From NCBI GenBank assembly GCA_009859145.1, contig VRVR01000017.1, positions 64,607 through 128,606 of the forward strand: DNA of 64,000 nt, read 5' to 3'. The DNA comes from Andalucia godoyi And28. Lineage: Eukaryota > Protista > Jakobida. Positions 43,832-54,184 of the stretch are shown in pieces. Numbering within the stretch: position 1 is the stretch's first letter; each line of letters begins with the position of its first letter. Position numbers and translations under genes: made by a program. The notes below the pieces were generated by a model that saw only the letters and a program-made list of their open reading frames with translations, had not been told where the DNA came from and did not search any database.

Positions 43832-46657
43832 ATGGGTCGATCGGGAAATCTGAATGTTGAGCGACGGCGCCAGGCTCAGAACCTGTCGACACGTGTTCCG
43901 CCTGTCTTGGCAGCTGCTGCAAGTGCCCGTCGCGAAAAGGTCCGTGCGCAGATCGCGGAAACCGAAGCGGCGTCGCTTGCCATTCCTCCTTGGCAGCTGC
44001 TTGCCTCAGGCTGCGCTACTTTGTTTCTTGCCTTTGTGATTACGATGTATTTGCACGTGGGACTTCCGGCGCCGAAATCCACTACCGCGCACAATGCAGA
44101 CTTTTCAGAGGAGCGAGTGCGCCAAACGGTGTTGCACTTGTCGGAGGCAATTGGGCCACGTCCATCCGGGTCTGCTGCAGCTGGTGATGCCGTTCGATAC
44201 ATTATTCAAGAAGCATCCAGAATCCAAGATGTTGCCATGGTTGGATGTCGTGTGACGGTAGAGACGCAAACAGCTTCAGGTGGACTGACTGAGACAGTTT
44301 TTGGTACGAATGAACAAGTGTATAGTTACACAAACATCACGAATGTTATCGTTCGAATCTCATTCGGCAAACATCGTGATAATGCGGCTGTTCTTATCAA
44401 CTCGCATTATGATACAAAGGATGCTTCTCCTGGCGCGTCCGACGACGGCATTCCGGTTGGAATTGCTCTGGAGCTCATGAGAAACCTGGTTTCGGGAGAG
44501 CGAATGTTCAATCAAGCGATATTTTTGTTTAATGATGCGGAGGAAGTAGGCCTCATGGGCGCGCATGCATTTTCAACTGGCTTCTTGGGAACGGAGAAGC
44601 TCAATATCACAACGGTTGCCTTTATGAATTTGGAAGCTGCTGGCGCTGGCGGCAAGGAAACCCTGTTTCAAGTGGGACCTCACGCAACGGGTCTCCTCAT
44701 GAATGCGTATGGGAAAGTGCCGTATCCTCATGGAAATTCTATTGGCTCGGATGTGTTTCGTTTTGTCCCATCCGATACAGATTTTCGTATTTTCCGTGAC
44801 TATGGAAATCTTTCTGGTATTGACATGGCATACTCTGCGAACGGGTATGTGTACCATACTCCCAGGGATCAGCTGGATATCGTCACCCCGGGATCCATTC
44901 AGCATTTTGGGGAGAATGCCTTGGCATTTGCTCGGGCATTGCTTGAACGAGAGCATCTACTGTTTGATGCTCATTTTGAAGACCCAAAGCAAACATCCAA
45001 GATTGTTTATTTCGACATTTTTGGGATGTATTTTGTTTGGTTCCCGTATTTTTCAGCGGCGCTTATTATCATCGGAATTGTCGTGCTTGCTGTCATTCTT
45101 TTTGCAGTCGAGCATTGGAAGGGTGGCATGGTCCGTCGGTCGGATCCCACTACTATTTCTCAGGTGATCGTTATGGCGGCCGGTTCCATTCTGTCCATTG
45201 CCAGTGCGGTGTTGACTGCTCTTGCGGTATCATACGTGCTAACAAACGTGTTCCTGCTCCCGATGTCCTGGTTTTCTTCGCCACTCGTCGCGTTTTTCTT
45301 GTTTGGTATTCCAGCGCTTGCGGGGATTATGGCAGTTCAGGATGCAGTTCGAATTCTGTTGATTAATTCTGATACTCTTCTTCGCGCATATTCCCTATCT
45401 TCCAAAGCGAGCGATTCTGCAACAAGCTCGATGGCAAGCCATGATTCCATTCTTCTTGGTCTTACTCTCGAACATGCATCTGTCTGGGGTGGTCCTATTT
45501 TTGTTAATGCCGTCCTGGCTTTGGCTAGTTTGGTTTTCAACTTGCAAGTCACGTATTACTTTGCCATTGGCCTTGGATTTTCGGTCGGTCTTCGTGTTCT
45601 TATGGTGCTGTCTGTGCAGGTTGAGTATGCTGTGCAGAAACGGGGAGGACTTGCCATCTTGGGCGTCGGTCTTGGTGCACCCGGCAAGAAGAGTGATGAT
45701 GACGATTCCAAAAAAGAACCATCCACAGTCCCCATGGGCTCCGTTTCATATGCAGATGTTCTGTCTCTGCTTGCGATGAATGTTTTGCCCGTTGCTGCAA
45801 TGTCGATTTACATGTTTACACAGTTCATCGAGCTCATCGTTCCTTTGACGGGAAGACTGGGCTACAATGTATCTGGAGACAATATTGTCGCAGTTTTGAT
45901 GGCTCTGGCAATGTACTTCATTGTTTTGCCGTTTTTGCCGATCTACAACAGAGCGAACCGTGGGTATGCTCTTTGGGTGTTCTTTGCTGTCGGTCTTCTC
46001 ATTTGTGTGGTTCCCTTTGCTTGCGAGCCGTTTGGGAAGTGGACACCAAAGCGGGTCTACGTCCAACTTATGGATGATTCGAGGCTCTCCGTAGGGCTTC
46101 TGGATCAGCGACGCCAAGATGTGTTCGTCCCCACGGCACAATTCACCGTCCGCGGCCATGGCGGTCTCGACTTGCTACCGTTAACTCCGTTCTCTTATCG
46201 AATCCAGACATTCAGCAGACCCGTGGTGATACCGCCCGACATCTTGTCGCACTCGAAGATTCCGTCTGGTGGCCTCGTTCGAGTGTCGGAGAATCTTTTC
46301 AAGCTGCGCGTTGACGCGGTAGAAAAGAGCGCGTGGACCACTGTTTCCATTATTGTTGTTGGAACTGAAATTCTAGAATGGACTCTCCCGACGCATGTCC
46401 CCCGTGGATCTCTGGCGGCAATTCCGGTCCGGCACATTGGCTCCAGGTTACTCGAATTTGAATTTACGATGAAATCCCCAGGCGATTTGATCGGTGTGCA
46501 TGTGGATGTCGGTGTCATGCAAGTGGAAGATGTAGAAGAAGATGTTATAGACTTTTTGTCAACAGCGCAAACTCCGGAATGGGCAGCTATCATTCCTTCC
46601 AAAGGCTACGCATTCTCTCTCTTTTGGAACCCCGAACTACTGTTTCCCTTACTCTGA
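43832..46657 (+). CDS. M28 metallopeptidase, ER metallopeptidase 1 (ERMP1-like)
   Basis: LINSHYDT, GASDDG, FLFNDAEEVGLMGA, NLEAAGAGG, SDTDFRIF and YVYHT..D, followed by about 8 TM segments. Likely ATG is 43832. Confidence 0.93.
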   Translation: MGRSGNLNVERRRQAQNLSTRVPPVLAAAASARREKVRAQIAETEAASLAIPPWQLLASGCATLFLAFVITMYLHVGLPAPKSTTAHNADFSEERVRQTVLHLSEAIGPRPSGSAAAGDAVRYIIQEASRIQDVAMVGCRVTVETQTASGGLTETVFGTNEQVYSYTNITNVIVRISFGKHRDNAAVLINSHYDTKDASPGASDDGIPVGIALELMRNLVSGERMFNQAIFLFNDAEEVGLMGAHAFSTGFLGTEKLNITTVAFMNLEAAGAGGKETLFQVGPHATGLLMNAYGKVPYPHGNSIGSDVFRFVPSDTDFRIFRDYGNLSGIDMAYSANGYVYHTPRDQLDIVTPGSIQHFGENALAFARALLEREHLLFDAHFEDPKQTSKIVYFDIFGMYFVWFPYFSAALIIIGIVVLAVILFAVEHWKGGMVRRSDPTTISQVIVMAAGSILSIASAVLTALAVSYVLTNVFLLPMSWFSSPLVAFFLFGIPALAGIMAVQDAVRILLINSDTLLRAYSLSSKASDSATSSMASHDSILLGLTLEHASVWGGPIFVNAVLALASLVFNLQVTYYFAIGLGFSVGLRVLMVLSVQVEYAVQKRGGLAILGVGLGAPGKKSDDDDSKKEPSTVPMGSVSYADVLSLLAMNVLPVAAMSIYMFTQFIELIVPLTGRLGYNVSGDNIVAVLMALAMYFIVLPFLPIYNRANRGYALWVFFAVGLLICVVPFACEPFGKWTPKRVYVQLMDDSRLSVGLLDQRRQDVFVPTAQFTVRGHGGLDLLPLTPFSYRIQTFSRPVVIPPDILSHSKIPSGGLVRVSENLFKLRVDAVEKSAWTTVSIIVVGTEILEWTLPTHVPRGSLAAIPVRHIGSRLLEFEFTMKSPGDLIGVHVDVGVMQVEDVEEDVIDFLSTAQTPEWAAIIPSKGYAFSLFWNPELLFPLL

Positions 46658-46740
46658 TTCCGCGTGAATCGGTCGTTCGACAGTCGCTCCCCCTAATGTC
46701 TGAATAAACAATGAGCACTCCAGATGATCCTTTCCCCTTC

Positions 46741-47139
46741 TTACTCGTTTCCAGGCTTTGTTTTCGGCAATGCCCGGGATGAAATGATGTTCGGATCACG
46801 CGACAGACCAAATCGACGCAAATTCAAAATGTATTCTCGCATACGAGAAATCTTGTTCTCGCCCAGATCATACAAATATTGCCATGAATACAAGCCATGC
46901 TGGTGACTGTCATCGAAATGAAGCGCAATTCCATAGTTGCCAACCGGTTCGATCTCTAAAATGGAAACATTGCGTCTTCCGGGAATCATGGCCTGTCTGG
47001 ATTGCACATCGGCCGACGGAGAATACACTCGCAACAGCTCTGCCGGCAGACACACACTTTTGTTGTTGCTGAAGATTACATTCAGCGATCTGTACTGCCG
47101 TAGGTATCGGATTTGCAAAGGAGTGCAACTCGTCGGCAT
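46741..47139 (-). CDS. DUF971 / gamma-butyrobetaine hydroxylase-like N-terminal domain protein
   Basis: LPAELLRVYSPSA, IEPVGNYGI.LHFDDSHQHGLYSWQYL. Confidence 0.9.
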   Translation of the reverse strand: MPTSCTPLQIRYLRQYRSLNVIFSNNKSVCLPAELLRVYSPSADVQSRQAMIPGRRNVSILEIEPVGNYGIALHFDDSHQHGLYSWQYLYDLGENKISRMREYILNLRRFGLSRDPNIISSRALPKTKPGNE

Positions 47140-47845
47140 CAGGGATCAAACCAAAAGAAAATCATATAAAAGTAAAATAAAATTCTGAAACAACTCCTGC
47201 GTTTTTGATCCGTTTGCTGGTATCCGCGGCAGTGGCCGAGTTGAGAGCCGTCGACCCCTCTACATGCGGTGCATCCGCAGCCGAGGTACAGATGTGCAGG
47301 TCGAGGCCCCATCGCAGCATCGCCGCATGTTCAGTGCCGTGTTTCTGACTGATCCCTTTAGATAAGTGCCCTTCCATCCTCGTAGAACACAATGCAAATG
47401 GCAATGGCTTACTGACACGTTTGCGTCAACACTATTTTGTTGATGGGCAATATCGTGGAGTTTTAGACCGTCGCTGCGGAGACTCGCCGATCTCCCAAGG
47501 CAGCACTACTCGTTGGATTTGGTGCTGTTTGCAGAATCGAAAGTGCGTTTGACAAATTTAATTAATAATTTAAAAATATACATTCTAAACAAGACAGTTG
47601 CGGGATTAACAGAAATCTGGGGCGAGGTTGGGTCGGAGGGCAGTAATTCACATTTGAATGGCAGCTGCGATCTCGCCGCCGTACAGTTTTCGATAACCAA
47701 CAGCTGAAGAACGTTTGCACCGCTGACCGAGGACTCGCGATTCGAGGGGCCGGAACTGCATCCGCAGCGCGCGCGGGGTTGGGGAGTCAAAGGCTCATGG
47801 CGGCAAAAAAGAATAGGGCACTCGTGGATAGACGCAACTACGTCA

Positions 47846-50800
47846 TCACGGAGGATTGACAAAAGAACGCACATCTTCAAGAAGGCGTTCAAAAGCCGGT
47901 CCAAGCATGACGCCCAACACTGACCACGTTCGACGGAAATCGCGATCCGTGTCAAGCCAAACCGCTGCAACAACAGCTTCAAAAACATCTGCAAGTACTT
48001 TTGGACCTTCCTCGAACATCAGTGCGGCTATATCAGCTTCAGAAGCAACAGATCGACGCGAAACTTTCGTGGTCCTTAAATGAAGGGAAAGGTTCCACAG
48101 TTCTTCATCGACGGAGGAATCCAGCAGCGTCTGCATGCGCAACACGTCCGCCTCAAACGACAAAATAGATTGTTTGAGAGTCTCGGAATCCACCACGACG
48201 CAACGAGAAAGCCCTAATTTGACACACCGGCGAGCCAGACTATGGTTGCTCGTGATCAGAGATCTAGCAAATGTGAGATCCCCCGGGGAAGCCCCTATGT
48301 CGCGGAACCACAGACTTTGCGCGACAAAAGAATCGAGGACTGCATCTCCTAGAAATTCAAACCGCTCATAAGAACGGATTTCAAAGTCAAATACATTCTG
48401 GAACGATGGATAACTGTCTCTCAGTAACAACACTGAGGATGGATGCGTCAACGCTTCCATCAACAACATGGGTCTTCTGAATTCGTAGCAAACAGACAGC
48501 GCCACCTTGGCATCTTCCAACGCGCTCAAAAACATCGGAGGAAGCATGCACATACTGCAAACCGCAGGAAGCTCAAGATCATAGGCGCTGCAAACGTACT
48601 GCGGTGATATTGGATGGCCCAATGCGTGAAGAAGATTTGTGGAAGTCATCAACGCAAATTCAACACGATCTCCATCATACTCAGCATTATGCAAAAATGT
48701 GTTCACGAACACAGAGCCAATCAGGGCCTCGACAACATCCGCTAGACGTTTTTCCGTAACCGCGATCGGTGTATTTTCTGGTGTTGCGAAAACATCGGAA
48801 TTTGAAGAAGATGCATTCGTGGAATGGCTCCAATTACAAGATTTCATGCAAACGTGTTGAATAAACTTTTGGAGGGCCACGGGCGATGAAAACAGTCGGT
48901 TATGAAGACCTGCTTGGACAGCTAGTCGAGACAGGCTTAAGTTGGATATCAGAGATTCTCTAATTTCAGACAATGCACCTTCGTTGGCGTTGGCAAACGA
49001 CGTCTTTTGTGACTGGTGGTGGCCATACTTGCAATACAAATGGACGGAAGACAATAATTTCAAGATAGAATCGCCTAAAAATTCCAATCTTTCATAATCG
49101 ATGCCATCATTTGATGACTTGAGAGATCCTGCAAAAAGGAAAGCAAGAGCAGAAACGCGTCTCACGTCTGTATCGCTTGTCTGCGGCACAACTTTCAGCA
49201 TGCGGAGTGTTTCAACGCATAGCACTCGTTGGTAACAACGCCAAATGATCTCAGAGCATCGACGAAACCACATATCATAGGACGCAACCGGAATGGACAA
49301 CTTCAAAACTAACTCGGCAAAAGCCAATCGGGACCTTCGTCGGAAACGAATAGCTCGAAAATCTTGCGCAGCGTCGTCTTGTTCATACTGTGCATCAGAC
49401 GGGCAGTCGCCACCGCTGGACCGACATACTTCGGACACTTTATCCGTTGACCAAAATCTGTGCAAAGTATTTTTCACGGACGGCACGCTTTGAACAGACA
49501 ACAGATGACCTCCCTCTTTGAGAGGCGGCTTATAGCCTCCAGGAAAACAATGCGCTGGCAGTGAATCATAATAATCTGCAAAAGTATGAGCACGTTTCTG
49601 GACAGGATAGCGGTCCGAATAGGACGATTCCTCGGAAAGATGCGAAACAAGGAGCGGTGCTCCCGAGACGGAATCAACTCCCAAAAACGGAGCAAATTCC
49701 ACACTCCCCCGTTGCGAAAGGAACGACTGAGCAGAAATGCAAGTCTTACGACAAGACAACAGCTCGCTTCGCAAGGAAACATCTAACGGAAACAGGAGAA
49801 TAAGGCACGGTGCTCTTGAATGATGCATGTCAACAACACCAAATCGACCCTCATCTGAACACGTCGACTGCTCAGTAGGGAAAAGAGAGGATCCCCACGA
49901 ATCTGCGAGGTGGCCGAGGAACGATGAAAACGACGCCGTATCGTCGTCAAATGGAATACTCATGTTCTGAACAAACCGAAGAACGATCTCATGCAATCGG
50001 ATAAGCAACGCACGGCATTTCTCGCCGCCGTCGTTGTACAGTTCTGGATACAATTCCTCCAATTTGATTGGCACTCCCCAAACGACTTGTCCGGATTCTC
50101 CCGCATGATTCATCATGATACCCAAATATTGTCCAAAAAGAAACGGCGGAAAGGCAAACGGCAACAGGATGCCGAACGGACATTCTATCATATGATGCTC
50201 AGAAACAAACGTCAGCTTATGCAAGTATACATGGTTAGTGAACGCGGAGAGCAGCGTGGAGGCAGAAAGCCCACAGATCACATGCTTCTCCGCAAACGAG
50301 GCATGCCGCGACGATCTTCTACGTTTAGCAGACCCCACAGCATACTGTGTGTTCAAGTGACCGGAGACTATTGATTTGTCCATATTTTCGTTTAGAATCT
50401 TTTTCCGCATTCTCCTGAGGGAAACGACTTCCTCAACAAGAATGCTCTCCTTGACACCTGGGTGGTGTCTTCTAGCCGGATCAAACAGCGCGAACGACGC
50501 AACGGATTTCAAAACACCGATAGGAGCCCGAGAAGCATCTTTCAAGTGATCCGTAAGCAAGTGCAACTCGGGCAAAGATTGGTCAAGATGGTGACGCCGC
50601 AACACACGGACATCCTCTTCATCTTCCGACACTGCATCGTCCGCAAAATCCGGATCTGCAACAAAATCCAAAGGACAGAGAAAATCGTCAATCAGGTGGG
50701 CTGAATGCAACAAGCCGCAAAGGAACAGGCAAGCAAATGCTTTAGCACGCTCCTTCCGAACGCAGAAGGGGCTGGATATTAAATGAAACGTAGAATCTGA

Positions 50801-53233
50801 GACAAGCTGGGTGATCCTCCCAGACAGACGCAACTGCACCTGGTACAAGGAAACGTGGCTGACGTCGTCAAAGGAAGTGATGGTTTTCTGTTCGGGAAAC
50901 ATGGATACAAAAGGCGACTGACGGGCTAATCGGGAGAAGAATTGATGAACAAGAGGGACAGAGGCTAGCAAACTGATTCTGGCATCTGTTGAAGGTACAC
51001 GGTAAACGACCGAATCATCCACACCGCACTCAAATCGGCCTTTCATGTATGCGAAGAAGGCCCTCGGCATGCAATCCCAGCGCATAGCTTCAGAACCAAA
51101 AGGAATTTGCGTTGAGAGCGACAGTGGTCCAGTTGTGCTGCATTCTGAACGAGACACAATCTGAGCTCGCATCGTGTTCTCCATGTGACGGATGTGAGCG
51201 ATGTGCGATGCACACGCAGCACTTCCGTTTTCAGCCAGTATCACAAAAACCGAATTCGGACTCCTTGCTCTGCCTCGAGATTGTATGTACTCCATAAGAG
51301 TGTGAAACATATCCATACGAATGACAAGCGAACAGGACCCGAAATCTAAACCCTCCTCACCCACCTGAGTGGCAAACAGTATTGGTATTGCGCCATCTCT
51401 AAATACTTTGACAGTTAGAGATTGTAAGCCAGACTTCATGGAAGAGTGTCCTACGCACGGTGCTGCGAAAATGGATCTCTGGAAACCGTCGTCATGCGCT
51501 GCGGGGTCAGCTGTTTTCGAATGAAGCTCGCTGAACAAACAGTTTACGAGACCCGAGAGAGCGAATGCTGCAGATTTTCGTTCAACAAAAACCATAGAAC
51601 TGAACGAAAATGCAGCGCCAGTGATCAGTGGCGTTTTATAAGCTTCAAGCAAAATGGACACCAGAACGGCGGTCTTTGGTGATAATTCGTCCGTCAGAGA
51701 CAGTCCGTTCACTAATTCAGACTGAGACTCGCCAAAAGCCACATCTTCTTTGACAGACGCTGCAATTTGAGCAATTCGACATTGAAACGAGACGCATTTC
51801 ATATCCTGAGAAGAGAAAAAAAACCAATGGAACATCAGGAAGAAAAATCTCAGTAAAACCTGTTCGTCAACACACAAATATCTGCATTGACGCTCTGCAG
51901 TCCACGATTCAAATCCGTCATCATCGCAAGGTTGTTCAAAAAGAGAATTTCCTTCGATGGTTGAGTCCCGTCCGTTGTGACCAGGGAACAACTGCTCAAA
52001 ACGGCTGGGGTTTCTTATCTTAAGATGCTCCGCCGACATTGAAAACTTAACTAAACGCCCTTTGATCCGTCTCCAGGCTCGACGAAGAATCCAATATGCA
52101 CAAAACTTCCCGAGAGATCTATACGCATGATCCACGTGGCGAATAACCTTCCATAGCTTCTGAATATTAATGACAAAAAACTTGGAGGAAGATTCGTTCC
52201 ATGCATGATCTCTATCGAATGCGTCCAATGACATCGAGTCGTCTGAAACGTGGTCATCGATGTTATTGCTAATATCTTGAAAATCTACCGGTAGCAATGA
52301 CAGGTAGCTATCTTGGAGCATCATCAGACGAAGCCGAGCCGAGAATTCGTGATCCGGTCCAACAGAAAGGAGCATCCGTAACGCCAGCAAAGCACCACAC
52401 CAAGAAAACTCCGCAGCCAGGTACGGTGCCGCCGAAAAGAACACAACTCTCTCTGCAGGACGGTCTGCAAGCCCTGTGTGCTCTTCCGCGAATAAAACAC
52501 TGGTCTCCATCTTCGCATCGAGATTAAATTCTAGCTTCTGTATTTCCTCGGCGAGATCCGCGGGATTCTTAACCTTGCAAGGCGATGCAGTCATGCCGAA
52601 GACTCGCGGTCTGCTGGGAGACGGCAGCATAAAGTAAAACTCACGCATCAACACATTGTAAGGGTGGTTTCCCGTTGTGTGGTGGCATTCATCCATAATC
52701 AAGAGCGATACTGTGGCCAATGACAGGAATCCGTGGCGCAGGGCATCCAGCAAAACCTGTGGAGTAACAACGAACACACGGTATTGTTGCAAGAGAGTGT
52801 CCCATTGAGATCCATTCCACGTGAACCCATCGCGACCCCGAGAAAGTAGACCGGGCGTGTGTGCACCAGAACACATGGCAACTGGTTGACCAGATACTTT
52901 GGACAACACTGCGGCCTGCTGAGCCACCAGGTGCACATTCGGCACCGCAAAGATCACTAAAGAACGATGAGCAATAGGAACATTCAAACAGGCGGTGCAA
53001 TACGCTTTCACAAGCAACGCGGAAATCAGAGTTTTTCCAGCGCCAGTATCAAGAACAACAATCAAATTACGCTGCTTGGCCTTCTCAAACAGTTCAAGTT
53101 GGTACTGGTGTGGTGTCACTGGGATCGATACTGCGTCCGCGCTGGGGGACGTTCGAATCGAACGCAGTCCTGAAAAATCATCCAAACTTGCTGGGCTTGT
53201 TTTTGCCACATCACGAAGACGCGACAAGCTCAT
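47846..53233 (-). CDS. Dicer-like protein (DExH helicase, helicase C, DUF283, PAZ-like region, tandem RNase III)
   Basis: LDTGAGKT, MDECHH, EEGLDF, YIQSRGRAR; RNase IIIa YERLEFLGDS/LADVVEA; RNase IIIb YERFEFLGDA/LADVFEA. No obvious C-terminal dsRBD. ATG 53233. Confidence 0.95.
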   Translation of the reverse strand: MSLSRLRDVAKTSPASLDDFSGLRSIRTSPSADAVSIPVTPHQYQLELFEKAKQRNLIVVLDTGAGKTLISALLVKAYCTACLNVPIAHRSLVIFAVPNVHLVAQQAAVLSKVSGQPVAMCSGAHTPGLLSRGRDGFTWNGSQWDTLLQQYRVFVVTPQVLLDALRHGFLSLATVSLLIMDECHHTTGNHPYNVLMREFYFMLPSPSRPRVFGMTASPCKVKNPADLAEEIQKLEFNLDAKMETSVLFAEEHTGLADRPAERVVFFSAAPYLAAEFSWCGALLALRMLLSVGPDHEFSARLRLMMLQDSYLSLLPVDFQDISNNIDDHVSDDSMSLDAFDRDHAWNESSSKFFVINIQKLWKVIRHVDHAYRSLGKFCAYWILRRAWRRIKGRLVKFSMSAEHLKIRNPSRFEQLFPGHNGRDSTIEGNSLFEQPCDDDGFESWTAERQCRYLCVDEQVLLRFFFLMFHWFFFSSQDMKCVSFQCRIAQIAASVKEDVAFGESQSELVNGLSLTDELSPKTAVLVSILLEAYKTPLITGAAFSFSSMVFVERKSAAFALSGLVNCLFSELHSKTADPAAHDDGFQRSIFAAPCVGHSSMKSGLQSLTVKVFRDGAIPILFATQVGEEGLDFGSCSLVIRMDMFHTLMEYIQSRGRARSPNSVFVILAENGSAACASHIAHIRHMENTMRAQIVSRSECSTTGPLSLSTQIPFGSEAMRWDCMPRAFFAYMKGRFECGVDDSVVYRVPSTDARISLLASVPLVHQFFSRLARQSPFVSMFPEQKTITSFDDVSHVSLYQVQLRLSGRITQLVSDSTFHLISSPFCVRKERAKAFACLFLCGLLHSAHLIDDFLCPLDFVADPDFADDAVSEDEEDVRVLRRHHLDQSLPELHLLTDHLKDASRAPIGVLKSVASFALFDPARRHHPGVKESILVEEVVSLRRMRKKILNENMDKSIVSGHLNTQYAVGSAKRRRSSRHASFAEKHVICGLSASTLLSAFTNHVYLHKLTFVSEHHMIECPFGILLPFAFPPFLFGQYLGIMMNHAGESGQVVWGVPIKLEELYPELYNDGGEKCRALLIRLHEIVLRFVQNMSIPFDDDTASFSSFLGHLADSWGSSLFPTEQSTCSDEGRFGVVDMHHSRAPCLILLFPLDVSLRSELLSCRKTCISAQSFLSQRGSVEFAPFLGVDSVSGAPLLVSHLSEESSYSDRYPVQKRAHTFADYYDSLPAHCFPGGYKPPLKEGGHLLSVQSVPSVKNTLHRFWSTDKVSEVCRSSGGDCPSDAQYEQDDAAQDFRAIRFRRRSRLAFAELVLKLSIPVASYDMWFRRCSEIIWRCYQRVLCVETLRMLKVVPQTSDTDVRRVSALAFLFAGSLKSSNDGIDYERLEFLGDSILKLLSSVHLYCKYGHHQSQKTSFANANEGALSEIRESLISNLSLSRLAVQAGLHNRLFSSPVALQKFIQHVCMKSCNWSHSTNASSSNSDVFATPENTPIAVTEKRLADVVEALIGSVFVNTFLHNAEYDGDRVEFALMTSTNLLHALGHPISPQYVCSAYDLELPAVCSMCMLPPMFLSALEDAKVALSVCYEFRRPMLLMEALTHPSSVLLLRDSYPSFQNVFDFEIRSYERFEFLGDAVLDSFVAQSLWFRDIGASPGDLTFARSLITSNHSLARRCVKLGLSRCVVVDSETLKQSILSFEADVLRMQTLLDSSVDEELWNLSLHLRTTKVSRRSVASEADIAALMFEEGPKVLADVFEAVVAAVWLDTDRDFRRTWSVLGVMLGPAFERLLEDVRSFVNPP

Positions 53234-53555
53234 GGTCAACACATTTACTACGTGCTGATTATTGCAGCAATTAAAAAATGAGCAAGTGAGTCTTTTCAAC
53301 AAGAAGAAAGAAAAATGTTAATAAAACGACCAGCAAAAGTTTTCAAAGTACCGGTGTGCGGCGGTAGGCCTGACTTCGGCGACAAAAGTGCAAGATGCTC
53401 ACCGCAAAAGTCGCCGTGAGAAAAAACCCGCCTGCGATGCAATGCATCAATACTAATTGATTCTTATTGGTACTATTGCAATGCTACTTGACAATCGATC
53501 CCACGAACCAATCATCTGGGTGTTGTGGAGTCGCTGGGAGGAAAGTGCGGATACA

Positions 53556-54065
53556 CCGCTGAATAATAGCACGCCATTGTCATGCATACGGAAGTATACA
53601 TAAACAGACACGGTCAGTACTGGCCGACACTAGCACCGTTTGTTTCACAGGAATTCGTGCTTACGCGTAGCCATCTATCATTCATTGGTTTCACTTTTTT
53701 AATTCAAATATGGGCGTGAGTGCGCTGGGATGACACATTCGCCTACGCCTACGCCGCTCGATACAGGGCCTCCTAACCTACTAAGAGACAACGTATCTCC
53801 AGGTGCACCAATCGCTGCAACTGAGGACACGAAAGCGCCTGCTGCTAGGGCCGTCAGAATCAAAAAAATGCACCCTTCTCAGGAACAACGTGTCACGCTG
53901 AGAAGGTGGCTCACCGATTGATCGAGATTGGGGACGGAGCGCGGAACATTTATCTGAAGAACGCCGTGAGGCGTGTTGGGGCCTATCCCCTTCCCGGCAA
54001 CGGGATGCAAAACTGAATATGCATGTCTATTCGTAGATATGCATGCTCAGTGTATAGTGTAGGCG
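53556..54065 (+). mobile_element. Copy B: internally deleted TnpB/Fanzor2-derived non-autonomous element with putative omegaRNA end
   Basis: Inverted copy of 939-1439. CCGCTGAATAATAGC start, HTH-like RAVRIKKMHPSQEQRVTLRRWL, IDRDW..GARNIYLKN remnant, TGTAGGCG end. Confidence 0.88.
53960..54065 (+). ncRNA. Putative omegaRNA scaffold of copy B
   Basis: TCCCG-GCAA-CGGGA hairpin (53992-54005), 16-bp TTCG hairpin (54014-54049), GCCTAT/GTAGGC pairing. Confidence 0.68.
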
Positions 54066-54158
54066 CAGTTTTTCAACAAATCCGAAACTGTGGACGACGA
54101 TGATAACCAAATTAAAGCGAAAATAATAAGAAACAAGTAAAAAACGCGAAATTGGGTA

Positions 54159-54184
54159 AGAGAGAGAGAGAGAGAGAGAGAGAG
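54159..54184. repeat. (AG)13 microsatellite
   Basis: Perfect AG dinucleotide run. Confidence 0.95.

Noticed and set aside
47400-47845. GC-rich segment between DUF971 and Dicer as a structured ncRNA (RNase P/SRP)
   Set aside because: No conserved P4 or SRP motifs recognisable.
939-54065. A and B as the terminal inverted repeats of a 53-kb composite transposon or endogenous virus
   Set aside because: The enclosed genes are ordinary housekeeping genes, the outer flanks show no TSD, and each copy has its own complete CCG...TGTAGGCG ends. Independent insertions are simpler.
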